A stretch of 63,422 nt of DNA, the filler included, from Vannella sp. (Eukaryota), in NCBI GenBank assembly GCA_023345925.1. It is 8 parts of 8 records of this genome, joined end to end, with 100 filler letters (N's around TTAATTAATTAA, not from the genome) between each part and the next. Parts side by side here need not be neighbours in the genome. Positions count along the whole stretch, not along the records: positions 1 to 9,427 come from JAJQQN010001322.1; positions 9,528 to 20,802 come from JAJQQN010000419.1; 6 more parts are not named here. One strand, given 5' to 3'. A model generated the notes under the pieces. It saw nothing but the letters and a program-made list of their open reading frames with translations. It did no database searches and was not told the origin of the DNA. The translations under genes and the position numbers were made by a program. Within the stretch, counting starts at the first letter, position 1. Each line of letters opens with the position of its first letter. Shown here piece after piece: positions 1 through 11,137 of the stretch.

Positions 1-170
1 GTGGGGCAAAGGAGAGTCCGAAGGAAGTTCGCTTCGTTGATCAATCGCTGCGAGTAGATCAGAATCGTATCTGCAGAAGATGTACTCGGGCTTTGCTGGC
101 TACAGAACTGCTGGAGACCGAGAGATAACCCAATAATTCTCCCCCACTGATCCCCCACAGCGTCCGCCAT
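1..170 (-). CDS. Possible 5' end of a gene running off the window start (MADAVGDQWGRIIG...)
   Basis: ATG at 170 on the minus strand with an open frame to position 1; divergent from the gene at 475. No recognisable motif. Confidence 0.3.
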   Translation of the reverse strand, partial: MADAVGDQWGRIIGLSLGLQQFCSQQSPSTSSADTILIYSQRLINEANFLRTLLCP

Positions 171-474
171 GGTCTCTCGCCTCAAGCTGTCACACAATGA
201 CATTCAAAAAGCAGAAAAAACAAAGTTCCCAGTCAAGGAAATAGCCTCTTCCATACAAACGGATGCGTGGACGTACTCCGAACAAGAGCTGCTCCCGCAC
301 CTGCCGTATCGGGATGTTTAACCGCAATTCCTCCGGTTTCCCGACTCGCCAGGGTTTAGAGATGTTGGCTATTAAAATGGGGGACTTTTGGGCTGGGCGG
401 CGGAGTATTGCTCTTGGAGCCGCATTTCCCCTGGCCCTTTTGGTGCATTTCCCCTTGGAGGTGCCCGCTGGTGC

Positions 475-2521
475 ATGTGGCCTTTCTCAAGGTATAAGGT
501 GACTGTGTATAATGAGGGGCTACGAGATTGCTTTCAATACAAGGTGAAGGTACGTGCGCTACGATGATGTGGTGGAGCAGGGCTGAAGGGAGTGCAGGAC
601 CACTTTACCGTGGCAGATGTCCGGAAAGAGGCAAGGAACTACTGGCAAGTGGGTGACCCTGAGAACTACCGACTATACGTAACTGATGGAGACATCCTCG
701 ACTCGTCACGTAAGCTACAACCCCAAGACAGAGGGGATCTCACCAATTCTGCCTCTCAGCTGTTCTGCTGGACGATTCAGACCACTTTGGGAAGCTCCGA
801 CAGACCTACGATGGAGAGCGCATATATTACATTTATCAGAGGCTGCCCATAGCTCCACAGACGAACACTTCCGGATGGGGAGCGCCACAGGCGCACTCTC
901 CCTCGCATATGGTCCAAAGCCTGCCAAGCTCGCCCTCTCAAAGCAACAGAGAAGAAAGCAGTAGTCTCTACCCCCAGATGACTATGACTGAGCGTGGCAC
1001 AGAGTTCGTGAATCCCACTCTTTCCTCGTCAGACCGAATGCTGGCTGCCTCTTTGGAGAGTAACAGCTCTGTGAGAGATCCTACGCTTTATTCTTCTCCC
1101 CTGCATATGAGGAGAAAGCTTCGAGACTTCTCTAACTCCCTCTATCAACCACTGGCAACCTGCCAGATCACTTTCGTTCGAGATCCCTCCCTTCTCTCCT
1201 CTGACCGGCCAGGAGGAATCAATCTAGCTGCTCTAACAGTATGTCAGTCTCGCACATCCATCTCTCTTCTCACAGAAACCCCCGCAGATGATTCCCCACG
1301 AAGTTCTCGGGTTCACCCGCCGTTCTGGAGAGGTGAGGGAGCCAGCTCTCTCCCTAGAAAGGGACCTCCTCCACCTCTACGCAAGTGATCGAGAGAAGGA
1401 TGCAGCCAACAGGAAAGAGCGTCTCCTGCGGATAGCAAGGCAGGAACAGCTGGCCACACAGGCCGAAGAGGCAGAATCACAGCACAGAGCCGAGCAAGAG
1501 CGATTAGAAGAACTCAGGAAGGAAGAAGAGCGCCAACAGAGGGAGGAAGAGTGTCGCCAAGAAGAGGCCAGACGAGAGAAAGAGCGGCAGCTCCAGCGGG
1601 AACAGGAACAGAGGGAACTGGCAATGCGAGAGAGTCTCCGGATACAACAGCTTGCAGAGCAGGAACGTGAGCAACGTCGTCGGGCTGAAGAAGCTCGCCA
1701 GCAGCAGATTCGCAGGGAAAGGGAGGAGGAAGAGCTCAGGCAGCTGATGATACAACAGCAAGAGGAAAGGGCTCACATGGCCATGCTTTTGGCACAGAAA
1801 GAAGAAGAAGAAGAGAAGAGGCGGAAGGCTTTGGAGCAGCAACGAACGGAAGAAGATTTCGTCCGCTATCTTTACCTAAATGAGGCCAAGAAGCAGGCCC
1901 CAGTCCACCAGTCGTCTCCACCACCATATAAAGCTCCCCCTCCTGGAGTTCTTCTCGACCTAGAACCCCCAGCACCGCCCATGTCTCCCGAAGAGACTCT
2001 CCTACACACTCTCGCCCAACATGGCATTGACACAGACCTCGCAGCTCACGCCATTCGCTTCTGTGGAAGTGATATTGACCAGGTTCGACCCAGCTCCTCA
2101 TCAGACTCTAAGCAGCTTCTTACCTTTCCTTTCCTTTCCAGGTGAAAGGCTATTTAACCGAGTTCAATTACTATGCGGGACTGGGCTATCCCAGCCCCAT
2201 TGTACATCAAGGTCTCCGCCTATTTGGCCCAAATAGACCCAAATGCTATCAGTTTGTGGATGGCTGCCGCCAAAGCTATTCGGATCATCAATTGATAGAG
2301 TTAGTTCATTCACTCTCACAATTGCTCTCCCTTCTCACTCCACTTCCTTCAGAGCGCTCCAATACTTCAATGGGGATGTTCCTAGCTCCTTCAAGTTCTT
2401 GAGCGGACTGTCTCAATTGAAAGAAATGGGTTTGGAAGGCGAAGTGGCCAAGTCAGCGCTTCTCCGGTCAGAGTGTGATCCCAACGCTGCAGCGGCTCAT
2501 CTACTGGATCAGGCAATCTGA
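475..2521 (+). CDS. UBAP1-like protein: N-terminal ubiquitin-like region, possible UMA motif, coiled coil, C-terminal overlapping UBA repeats (SOUBA-like); multi-exon
   Basis: Spliced by eye from MWPFSRYKVTVYNEG through GT-AG introns (550-597, ~710-759, 1239-1275, ~2083-2141, ~2300-2352). C-terminus IEALQYFNGDVPSSFKFLSGLSQLKEMGLEGEVAKSALLRSECDPNAAAAHLL resembles the UBAP1 SOUBA pattern. Confidence 0.6.
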
Positions 2522-2560
2522 TAAAGTCTTTGGAGGAGTCTATTGGAGTGCCCAATGAGC

Positions 2561-3426
2561 TTACAACTTGGCCACGGGGACGGACTTGGGCGGCATTCGG
2601 ATGGCTCCGTCCAAGCGGATGGTCTCTCCGTTGAGATAGGCGTTCTCTACCATATGCACTACCAATTGGCCGAACTCTGGAGGGTTGCCCAAGCGACGAG
2701 GGCCCACTACATCAGCAGCCAGACCGTTTCGGACATCGTCTGGCATCATGGCCACAAGGGGAGTGTTGTAGATGCCTGGAGCGATAGTCATGACACGAAT
2801 ACCCGCTGGGCCAAGGTCACGAGCCATGGGAAGGGTCATGCCAACGATAGCGCCCTTGGTGGCACTGTAAGCCGCTGCATTCCATCATTATTCAGCTTCA
2901 TCCACGCACACACGGAGAACCAGAACTCACCTTGTCCAATCTGTCCATCAAAGGCAGCAACAGAGGCTGTGTTGATGAGAATGCCACGAGCGCCATCAGG
3001 TCCACTGGGTTTGGTGTTCTTGATCATGTGGCTGGCCCCCAGGCGACATACATTGAAGGAGCCTGTCAGGTTAATGTCGACAAGTCGCTTGAAGATCATC
3101 AAGTCCATTGGGTCACCACGGGAAGAGCAAGTGCGCGCGGCGTAGCCAATTCCCGCACAATTGACCACCACACGGAGCTCTCCGAGAGGTGCGACCTTCT
3201 CAAAGGCTCCGTTAACATCCTCTTCTTTGGTCACATCGCCAATGTGGTAGTCCACCTTGCAGGTGGGGTGGAGAGCACTCAACTCGGCGCAAATCTCCTT
3301 GCAGCGGTCGTCATTCATGTCAAAGATCAACAAGTTCATGCCCTTGGCCAGCAAAGCCCGAGAAGTAGCTTCTCCCAACCCAGAAGCACCACCTGTCACA
3401 AAGGCTACTGCACCAGTTACTTCCAT
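2561..3426 (-). CDS. HSD17B10: 3-hydroxyacyl-CoA dehydrogenase type 2 (SDR family); 2 exons
   Basis: TGGASGLG Rossmann motif, [21 protein letters not shown]. Removing intron 2875-2930 restores [21 protein letters not shown] (YxxxK) and [14 protein letters not shown]. Confidence 0.93.
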
Positions 3427-3817
3427 GTCCTCCAAAAGCAGCCAAAAAAGAATGCCGCATTTGCCGAGATTTCTTTCAACACCGCAGATTATGATTATCG
3501 GCTGCCTGATCAGGAACTAGATTCGTAGGCTGTTAGGGACTGGATCGCAATACATAATGATAAAACTGAGAATCCAGCAGGGCAACCAGCAGGAACTTTG
3601 GGAGGTCCTTTGTGTAGGTTGTCCTGATGACCTCCATCTCTTCAGGATAAGCTTTTGGGCTGATTTCATTTTTTGAGTATTGACCCCAAAAAACAGCTCC
3701 ATCTTGGCTCTTTGCGTGTTACCTGTCTTTCATGAAGCGATCCACCCAAGTCTCTCCCCTCAAACGTAAAAGCTGTGAAGGGGAGCGATGAGGGAGGAAC
3801 CATTTTTTGGTGCTCGG

Positions 3818-4757
3818 ATGACAGAAGAGGATGGGGATGGAACTGGTCTGGTCCCTGAGCAAGAACTGGAGCAGGGTAGCGTGTTGTGAGTGGTAGAGAA
3901 TGGGCTGAGAGGGCTTCCGTTGACGGAGAATAGGACTGGGAAACGAGGACGAGAGGATTCACCTCTCAAGCAAGAGGGGACGAGGGAGGAAGGAAGGGAA
4001 CCTCCGAAACGGGTGCGTATCATGGAAAAGCTCCCTCGCCTTCACCTAGTCCTCACTCGAAGAACAGAAGCGAGCCAACCCCGAGACAAAAGGAAAGGAA
4101 CAGGAGAGGAGTCGTCGCATGTTTGGGCGGATGCTTCTGGGGACCTTGAATGACATCAAGAAGACGAAGACCACTGAAAAGGAGACCAAACGGCTCGAGA
4201 TGGACCAGCGTATCCAAGCAGAGCTCAATGCACAGAGGGATTCCGCAAAAACCACGGAAGAGAAGAGGAGGGAGGAGCGAAAGCAGCAAGAAACAAAGCG
4301 AAGGGAAGACGCCAAACAGCTTCAAGAGCGTCAGCGGCTCCTCACTGTCCGACGGAAGATGAAATACCGATTCGACCGGGAGAGTCACCTGCTGAGAACT
4401 CGTACAACCCCTCCTATCCTTTGGCTCCCTGCCAAGCACAACAAAGTGACCAAGGAGATGCTCAAGGAGCGAGAAAGTGCAGTGTTTGTTGAGCCTTTCC
4501 CTCAAATCATCGCCTTCCTCTCTCCTGAGAGAGAGGAGCATAACCAGTCAAAAGATAACGATAACGTCCTGTCAACCTCACCTGTCCGATCCCCGAGGAA
4601 AGAAGAAGGCGGCCAGAACCAGTCACCGATCGACACTGAGAGAGCAGAGATGGGCACTGATCCCTCAAGCTCTGTCCCTGAAGAAGAAGCATCACTCGAT
4701 GACAACTCGAGAGATCAACGAACACCCACCGAGGAGGAAGCGGAAGCAGGGCAATAA
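3818..4757 (+). CDS. Pinin/SDK/memA-domain protein; 3 exons
   Basis: RRMFGRMLLGTL, a coiled coil and LLRTRTTPPILWLPAKH match the pinin conserved domain. Two short 5' introns join an ATG at 3818. Confidence 0.7.
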
Positions 4758-4851
4758 AGCTTCAGAGAAAGGAGCTGTATTGGCTTTGCTGCCGCTCCGT
4801 TGGGCGTGATCAAAGGGAATAGATAATACAGGAGGATCGGTCTTTGGATCC

Positions 4852-5367
4852 TCAAGTGGTCCGAGCGAAGAGGCCACTCCTCACGACGTTCTTGTCATAT
4901 GACCCGACTCGCTTCACGCGGCTGCCGTAGAAGTGATCCCGCAGGAAGGAACGAGCTCCTTGGCTGGCAGAGGCTCGTTGAGTACTATCGTCGTGAAGTT
5001 GTACGTTGATCCCGTCGATCCGACGAGACGTTGATCGCTTTCGCGGAGGCTCGATTTCGTCTTCCTCCTCGTCTTCCTCCTCTTCTTCCTCCTCTTCGCT
5101 ATCATCTCCTTCCTCACTTTCCTCCTCTTGATCGAGCTTCTTTGCAGCAAGAGAAGCCAGCAGATCCTTTGGTAACACAACCTTCCTCCTGGCTTGCTGG
5201 GCCTCCTCTCGCCTTCGCTTCGTCAGATTACGCTGCGTATTGATGTCTGTCTCAAGCCTTGCCTGTTGCTTCTTATCTGCTTCCACCTGTTTTCTAGCAT
5301 TGGACAAAGACACCTCCACGGGGGCACCGTCCGAATCAGAGCCCGAGTCGTGGTCACCACCAAACAT
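4852..5367 (-). CDS. Small acidic/basic nucleolar protein, NOL7/Bud21-like
   Basis: SDSDGAPVEVSL N-terminal motif, poly-E tract, basic NLS-like segments and C-terminal ARSFLRDHFYGSRVKR. Confidence 0.5.
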   Translation of the reverse strand: MFGGDHDSGSDSDGAPVEVSLSNARKQVEADKKQQARLETDINTQRNLTKRRREEAQQARRKVVLPKDLLASLAAKKLDQEEESEEGDDSEEEEEEEEDEEEDEIEPPRKRSTSRRIDGINVQLHDDSTQRASASQGARSFLRDHFYGSRVKRVGSYDKNVVRSGLFARTT

Positions 5368-5480
5368 GTCGCAACAAATGAGGGTTGAGGAGGCTCTTTC
5401 TCGTGGAATCTAACACTTTATGCTTTCTCTGTGGGAGAACGCTTAACTACAACGCTGTACATCGAAGGGGAAGAGGAGCT

Positions 5481-5906
5481 TCAATGGAACACGGGCATAG
5501 CCAGTTGGCTGGGGTGTGGGGGAGTAGCGTGGAGGCCCTCTGCCCAGTGCTTGTGAACAACTTCTTCTTGGTGGATCCTGCGGGGAGCGTTTTGAATACC
5601 CTTCAACTTGCGGACGGGGGAGGCGGAGATCTCAGGGTGAACAGGGATGGCGGAGGGAAGAACAGAACTTGGTTGCAAGGCCGCTGGGCTGACGCTGTGA
5701 GAACGTTGAACAAACGCCTTCGTCGCTCGCTTTCTTGCCTTGGGTTGGTCGGTGTGGAAGACAACAGGGGCGGGAACTAGAGTGATAAAAGCGGGTCTTG
5801 GGAGAGCAGTAAACGAAGGAGACACAACAGTAGGGGGAAGTTGAGGTTGTTGGGTGTTAGTGGACTGGCGGTTGTGCTTTTGTGGGGGTTGGGCGTGTAC
5901 AGTCAT
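5481..5906 (-). CDS. Small disordered Pro-rich protein with a C-terminal PNRC/Edc1-like motif
   Basis: 141-aa ATG ORF ending WAEGLHATPPHPSQLAMPVFH, similar to the YAGxxF..P.PS.LPxP motif of decapping activators. Confidence 0.4.
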   Translation of the reverse strand: MTVHAQPPQKHNRQSTNTQQPQLPPTVVSPSFTALPRPAFITLVPAPVVFHTDQPKARKRATKAFVQRSHSVSPAALQPSSVLPSAIPVHPEISASPVRKLKGIQNAPRRIHQEEVVHKHWAEGLHATPPHPSQLAMPVFH

Positions 5907-6803
5907 GCAAGTTGTTTTTGTTTTAGGTTTGCTGAAGAGGTTGAAAGGGGAATGCTCCTTCGAGAAGACGGCTTTGCTTTTGTGTGGCGGGAAGGAAGTG
6001 CACGGGAAGCAAGGGGGGACATGAACTATCTCCCAACCCTAAGACCGTTCTCTGAATCGTGGAGTTGATGATTTTCTGATGTCTAATGGTCAATTCTATT
6101 CTCCTGAAGGGCTTTCACTGTTTCTGGAATTCTCAAGACAGTTGAAAACCTGAGTAGATAAATCTGGCCATGCCGAACCTTCGCCAGAACTCACCGGATT
6201 AGTGGGTCCTCATGACTGAAACAGTTCTCTTTCTTCCAAAGCGAGTTCCGGCACTTCTCGTCGGACAATCTTTCAGTTGCAAGTCTCGCCATCGCCATCC
6301 CCTTCCAAAAGGACGATTTAGCTCACGCAAGTTCGAAAGTCTCTCGCTTTCAGGCCAGACGTTGGAAAAGAACTGACTGAGATGGATGAAGTGAGACTTT
6401 CGGACCTTGTCTTGGAGGAATGGTACCTGCTATGGATATGCCTGCACAAACACATCATGAAAGGGTGTGGTCTCACTCAAACCTATCAAAGGAACTGCGT
6501 TCTCAAGCGAGTGCGTGCCCAAAGGTTATTATTTGCCCTTGGGCATATGTGTTTCGAGCCACTTGGCCTTGGGCTTGGGTTGGAAGACACGCAACACCAG
6601 GTGATCGAGCACCAGATTACCACCAGATTGTTGGTACCAAAACCACTTTCACGATTCATTCATTCATCTTTCCTTCACTGCATAACGACCGGAAAGCGAG
6701 TTTCATTGGAGTAGCTCGCCAGACATTGTTGCTAACCTGCCAGGGGCACACTTTAAGTAACAATCTAGTAGATTGCTTGGTGCTCGATCACCAGAGACAA
6801 GTC

Positions 6804-8024
6804 TCACAAGTCCTTTGGGAGATGATAGAGGCACAAGAAGGCTCGCTCTAACCCCCCCAGGAGAAGGAACTTCTCTCCTCCTCTTTCTAATGGAGCAACG
6901 AATGACACATCCGGGATCAATTGACCTCCAGCATCGTGAAAGGACTGAATGACTTCTCCTTGTCCATCCATGCGGAGTACGATGCCGTACGGGTGCTTCA
7001 CAACGAAGAGAGCCTCCTGGAAGATAGCCAATAGGGCCTTCTTGATCCAAGGCACGCGGTGGGCCCAGTCTAACACTGCAGAGCGCTGGAACCCGCTTAC
7101 CCAGAAGCTCCCCTTCGCTTGTGTGATGCCGTCAGGGAGGATTGGGAGCCCTTTGGCATAGTAGTCCCACGTTCCTACTAAAGAGAGAAGTCAGCGAGCT
7201 TTCCAGCAGGTGAGAAGGACTGTACCACGAGGACCAGACAACCAAAGCCTTCTGATGGCGTACCGGCCTGTCTCTGCTACCAGGACGAAGGAGCGGTCCT
7301 CAGCGAGTGCCACACCATTGGCATACGCTATACCATTCAGTAGGACTGTCACTGCCTTCGTTCTCGCATCGTACCGAAGCAAGCGCCCACTGGGATGGCC
7401 TGAGAGGATGTCGAATTGAGCGGCTTTCATCGTACTCCAGAGCCTTGTGCCTTTGTCCCAGAGAGGAGGGATAGCACTGCTATCAGAGAAGTAAACAAGT
7501 CCCTCTTCCTCGTCCACATCCAAGTCATTTGCGTACCGAATGGGACTTCCCTCGGCCTGGTTGGCCAGAATCCTCACAGAACCGTCTCTGTCTATCGCCA
7601 AGAGACCTTGAAGAGCCTCTGCAACGAGTATCCGAGCTTCACCGAAGAGACTGGGCTTGGAAGTGGAGGCTAATGCGTGTAGACCGAGAGGGCGCCCTCC
7701 CACGTGGGCTAGTAGGGCCACAGAGTCGTTCTTCTCCGAGACATAGACAACCTTACCATCAGCAGTTCCAGCAAAGAAGGCGAACGGATCCTCCGGGTCC
7801 ACCACCATGGATTCAGGACCAAGCAACCGCCCTTCCCCCATGCGCTTCAAGTTGACCTCCTCAAAGCACTGCCCTCCTTCTCTCCCCCTCCAGTCCTCCA
7901 ACTGCGCTCCCCACTCGATCACATCCACACCAACAACATCCAAAGTCGGGGGACAGTGAAAGAGTGCAGCCAACGTCACCACCACGACCACCACCAGCCC
8001 GCTCCAGCCACCTCTGATGGCCAT
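6804..8024 (-). CDS. Strictosidine synthase-like / APMAP-like beta-propeller protein; 2 exons
   Basis: N-terminal hydrophobic anchor, LLGPES, GGRPLGL, YANDLDV, YFSDSS, GRLLRYD, YANGVAL, VAETGRY. One intron near 7180-7225, then LPILPDGI and a stop at 6804. Confidence 0.88.
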
Positions 8025-8088
8025 CTAATACAGCAGAGATCTTCGGATAGTCGCAAAGGCCATTAGGGTCAGTTGCTGCTGGGCTGGG

Positions 8089-9353
8089 ATGTTTGCCCGA
8101 CCCGCTCGTCCTTTGGGTACTTCGCTGTTGGCTGCTCATTCCCGTCTCCTTTCGACTTCCCGAGTTGCTCTTGCTAAGGCACTGCTTTACAAGGAGAATG
8201 GAGACCCCCTCCAGGTCGTACAGTAGGTTGCAGCGTGTTGGGGACTTTGTTGGAGTCTGTGATCACTCAGGGGCTCATTCTTTGACGTAGGTATGTAGAG
8301 AACTATCGGCCTCCCAAGCCTACCAAAGATCAGGTCGTGCTGAAGATGCTGTGTGGCGCCTTAAGCGACAACGACCTTCGGACTATCCGCGGGCTCACTC
8401 GCAAGGAAGCTCCCACTGGTGATGCTATCGTCGCTGGTTATGAGGGTGTAGGGGTAGTAGCATATCCTGGTAACTCTACGTTCTCTCGTGGAGACTGGGT
8501 CGTCCCTGCGAAGCCAGGTTTTGGTATGTGGTGACTTCCCTGCGGTTTGCTCTTCGCTCATGGAGTGTGCAGGCACTTGGAGAAGCGAGGCAGTTTGCAA
8601 TGCTGATGATATCATGCGTATTAACAAGGACATTCCTCCAGAGATCGCTGCTTGCCTTCCTGTTGGACCTGTCACCGCCGTTCGTCTTCTTGAAGACTTT
8701 GTCGACCTTGTGCAGGGTATGACCCTTCTCTACTCACCAAAAGAGACTCACAAGTGCTTACAGATGATGTGGTGATCATCAATGGAGGCTGTGGGCTGGT
8801 AGCTCAATCTGCCGTGCAGTTGTGCGCCATGCGGGGCGTGAAGGCGATTGCTGTCGTCCGTGAACGCGACATTGAGGACCACATTGAGATCGTTGAGCGC
8901 CTCAAGAAGGACGGGGCGTACATCGTGGTCACTGAAGCGGAGTTACAACGACAACGCTTCAAGGAGCTCATCAGCGACCTCCCCGCTCCCAAGTTGGCAC
9001 TCAGCAGCACTGGCGGTCCAGTAGCTACTAACCTGGCTCGCTTACTCGGTGAGGGAGGAACATTCGTCAACTTTGGCAACTCCACAGGCCAGCCCTTGAT
9101 GCTGCCCGCCTCTTTGCTGATCTTCAAGAACATCACCATCCGCTCCTTTAACTTCGAGCGGTGGCTCTCTGTCACACCTCTGGGGGAGCGACAGCAGCTC
9201 TTGGATCGACTGGCTTCTCTTGTAGCCCAACAGAAGCTCAAGGTGTGGGTGGAAGCCTTCGAAATGTGGGACTTCCGCACCGCCTTCTCGGAGATGGCCC
9301 TCCCCAAGGACCGGAAGCTCGTCTTCTCTCTTCAAGATAACATGCACCAGTGA
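8089..9353 (+). CDS. Mitochondrial trans-2-enoyl thioester reductase (MECR/Etr1)-like MDR protein; 4 exons
   Basis: Arg/Ser/Leu-rich presequence MFARPARPLGTSLLAAHSRLLSTSR, then GDPLQVV, GYEGVG, GDWVVP, GTWRSEAV, LEDFVDL, VVRER, LLIFKNI. Catalytic positions look substituted. Confidence 0.82.
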
Positions 9354-9427
9354 GCTGTTTCACCCTCTACCAAAGCACAGAACGCACATAAACCGAGTAC
9401 CTCGTCCATCCCTTCCCGAACACCATC

Positions 9428-9527
9428 NNNNNNNNNNNNNNNNNNNNNNNNNNNNNNNNNNNNNNNNNNNNTTAATTAATTAANNNNNNNNNNNNNNNNN
9501 NNNNNNNNNNNNNNNNNNNNNNNNNNN
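9428..9527. other. Artificial contig-joining spacer N44-TTAATTAATTAA-N44
   Basis: Identical 100-nt spacer occurring seven times; the core gives stops in all six frames. Confidence 0.98.
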
Positions 9528-9537
9528 ATTTTATTGG

Positions 9538-11022
9538 ATGCCGGTCTACGATTACCAGTCTGGTTTTGGCAACCACTTCAGCTCCGAAGCAGTGAAAGGT
9601 GCGCTTCCAGAAGGGCAAAACTCTCCTCAGAAGTGTCCTTTTGGTCTCTACGCGGAACAGTTGTCTGGAACAGCCTTCACTCTCCCACGGACTCACAATC
9701 AACGAAGGCAAGACAGGCGTTCCCTCCTTAGCTGCAGAGTTCTAAGTAGGATTCTAGTTGGCTGTACAGGACTCAACCATCTGTGACGCACTTTCCCTTC
9801 CAGGAGATTGAGGATCGCAAACGGTTCACGGACGACTTTACCGTCATCAACCCAAACCAGTTCCAATGGCGGTGAGTTCCCCTGCCCTGGTGATGGGCGG
9901 CGATGCTCACCACTTCATCGTAACAAGCCCCTTCGAAATCTGTGAGGAGAAGCACGACTTTGTGGAGGGAATGACCGCCATTTCCGGTGCGGGAGATCCG
10001 ACAATGCGAGAAGGCATTGCCGTCTTCATCTTCACTGCAACAACATCCATGGAGAACAAGTCATTTTACTCTTCTGATGGTGACATTCTTCTTGGTGAGA
10101 AGAATGATTGAAAGATTCCACAGGGTCCTAATTTTGTCCACAGTTCCGCAGCAAGGGACTTTGGACATCCAGACCGAGTTTGGGTTAATGACAGTGGAAG
10201 CAGGAGAGATTTGTGTTATCCAACGAGGAATTCACTTTTCGGTGAGAGTGGATGGCCCAACAAGAGGGTATGCCGCTGAACTCTTCACCGGCCATTTCGA
10301 ATTGCCGAATCTGGGTCCCATTGGTGCTAATGGTTTGGCCAATCCTCGTGACTTCCAGACGCCAGTTGCCTTCTTCGAGAAGGATAACGAGAAGGAATGG
10401 ACCGTCGTGAACAAGTTTATGGGGAAGTTGTTCCAAGCAAAGATGGATCACTCGCCATACAATGTGGTTGCGTGGCACGGAAACTATGCGCCATACAAGT
10501 ACAACCTCAGCCTGTTCAACACTATGAACACGGTCTCATTCGATCATGCTGTGAGATTGAGATTGGCGCATTGGGATCGCTTTACTCACGCTGACGCAGG
10601 ATCCTTCCATCTTTACTGTGCTGACTTGTCCTACCAATACTCCAGGACAAGCTGCGCTTGACTTTGTGATCTTCCCACCTCGCTGGATCGTCCAGGAGGA
10701 CTCTTTCCGTCCCCCTTACTACCACCGCAACTGCATGAGCGAGTTCATGGGACTAATCAAAGGCGAATACGAGGCTAAGAAGGATGGCTTTGCTGTTGGG
10801 GGAGCTTCCCTTCACAGCTGCATGACTCCCCACGGGCCTGACACCAAAACCTTCGAGCAAGCCTCCAACTGCGAGCTGACACCAGTCAAACTCGACAAAA
10901 CGTTGGCCTTCATGTTTGAGAGCTCTTACTTTCTCAAAATGACACCTTTTGCCATGTCTAGCGCCCGCAACGAGGACTACTTCGAGTGCTGGCAAGGTCT
11001 GAAGTCTCAATTCCCCCTCTAA
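9538..11022 (+). CDS. HGD: Homogentisate 1,2-dioxygenase; multi-exon
   Basis: [94 protein letters not shown]. Confidence 0.97.
9708..9757 (+). other. GC-AG spliceosomal intron (HGD intron 1)
   Basis: Removing gcaaga...attctag restores the conserved NQRSWLYR; no GT donor gives this junction. Confidence 0.75.
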
Positions 11023-11137
11023 AGCTCCCAACCCATTCAAATCAACGCAAAATACATATTTGGAGTGAAAAGGGCAGATTCGGTTCATTCAAAGAGGCAT
11101 TTTTTGGGAGGTCGCAGCGCTTCGAAGGTTGAACGCG

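Noticed and set aside
2543..3528. Two ~200-aa plus-strand ORFs
   Set aside because: Antisense to the well-supported HSD17B10 gene, with no motifs of their own.
5910..6800. Short ORFs between the small Pro-rich gene and the strictosidine synthase-like gene
   Set aside because: No motifs or consistent exon structure; treated as intergenic or UTR.
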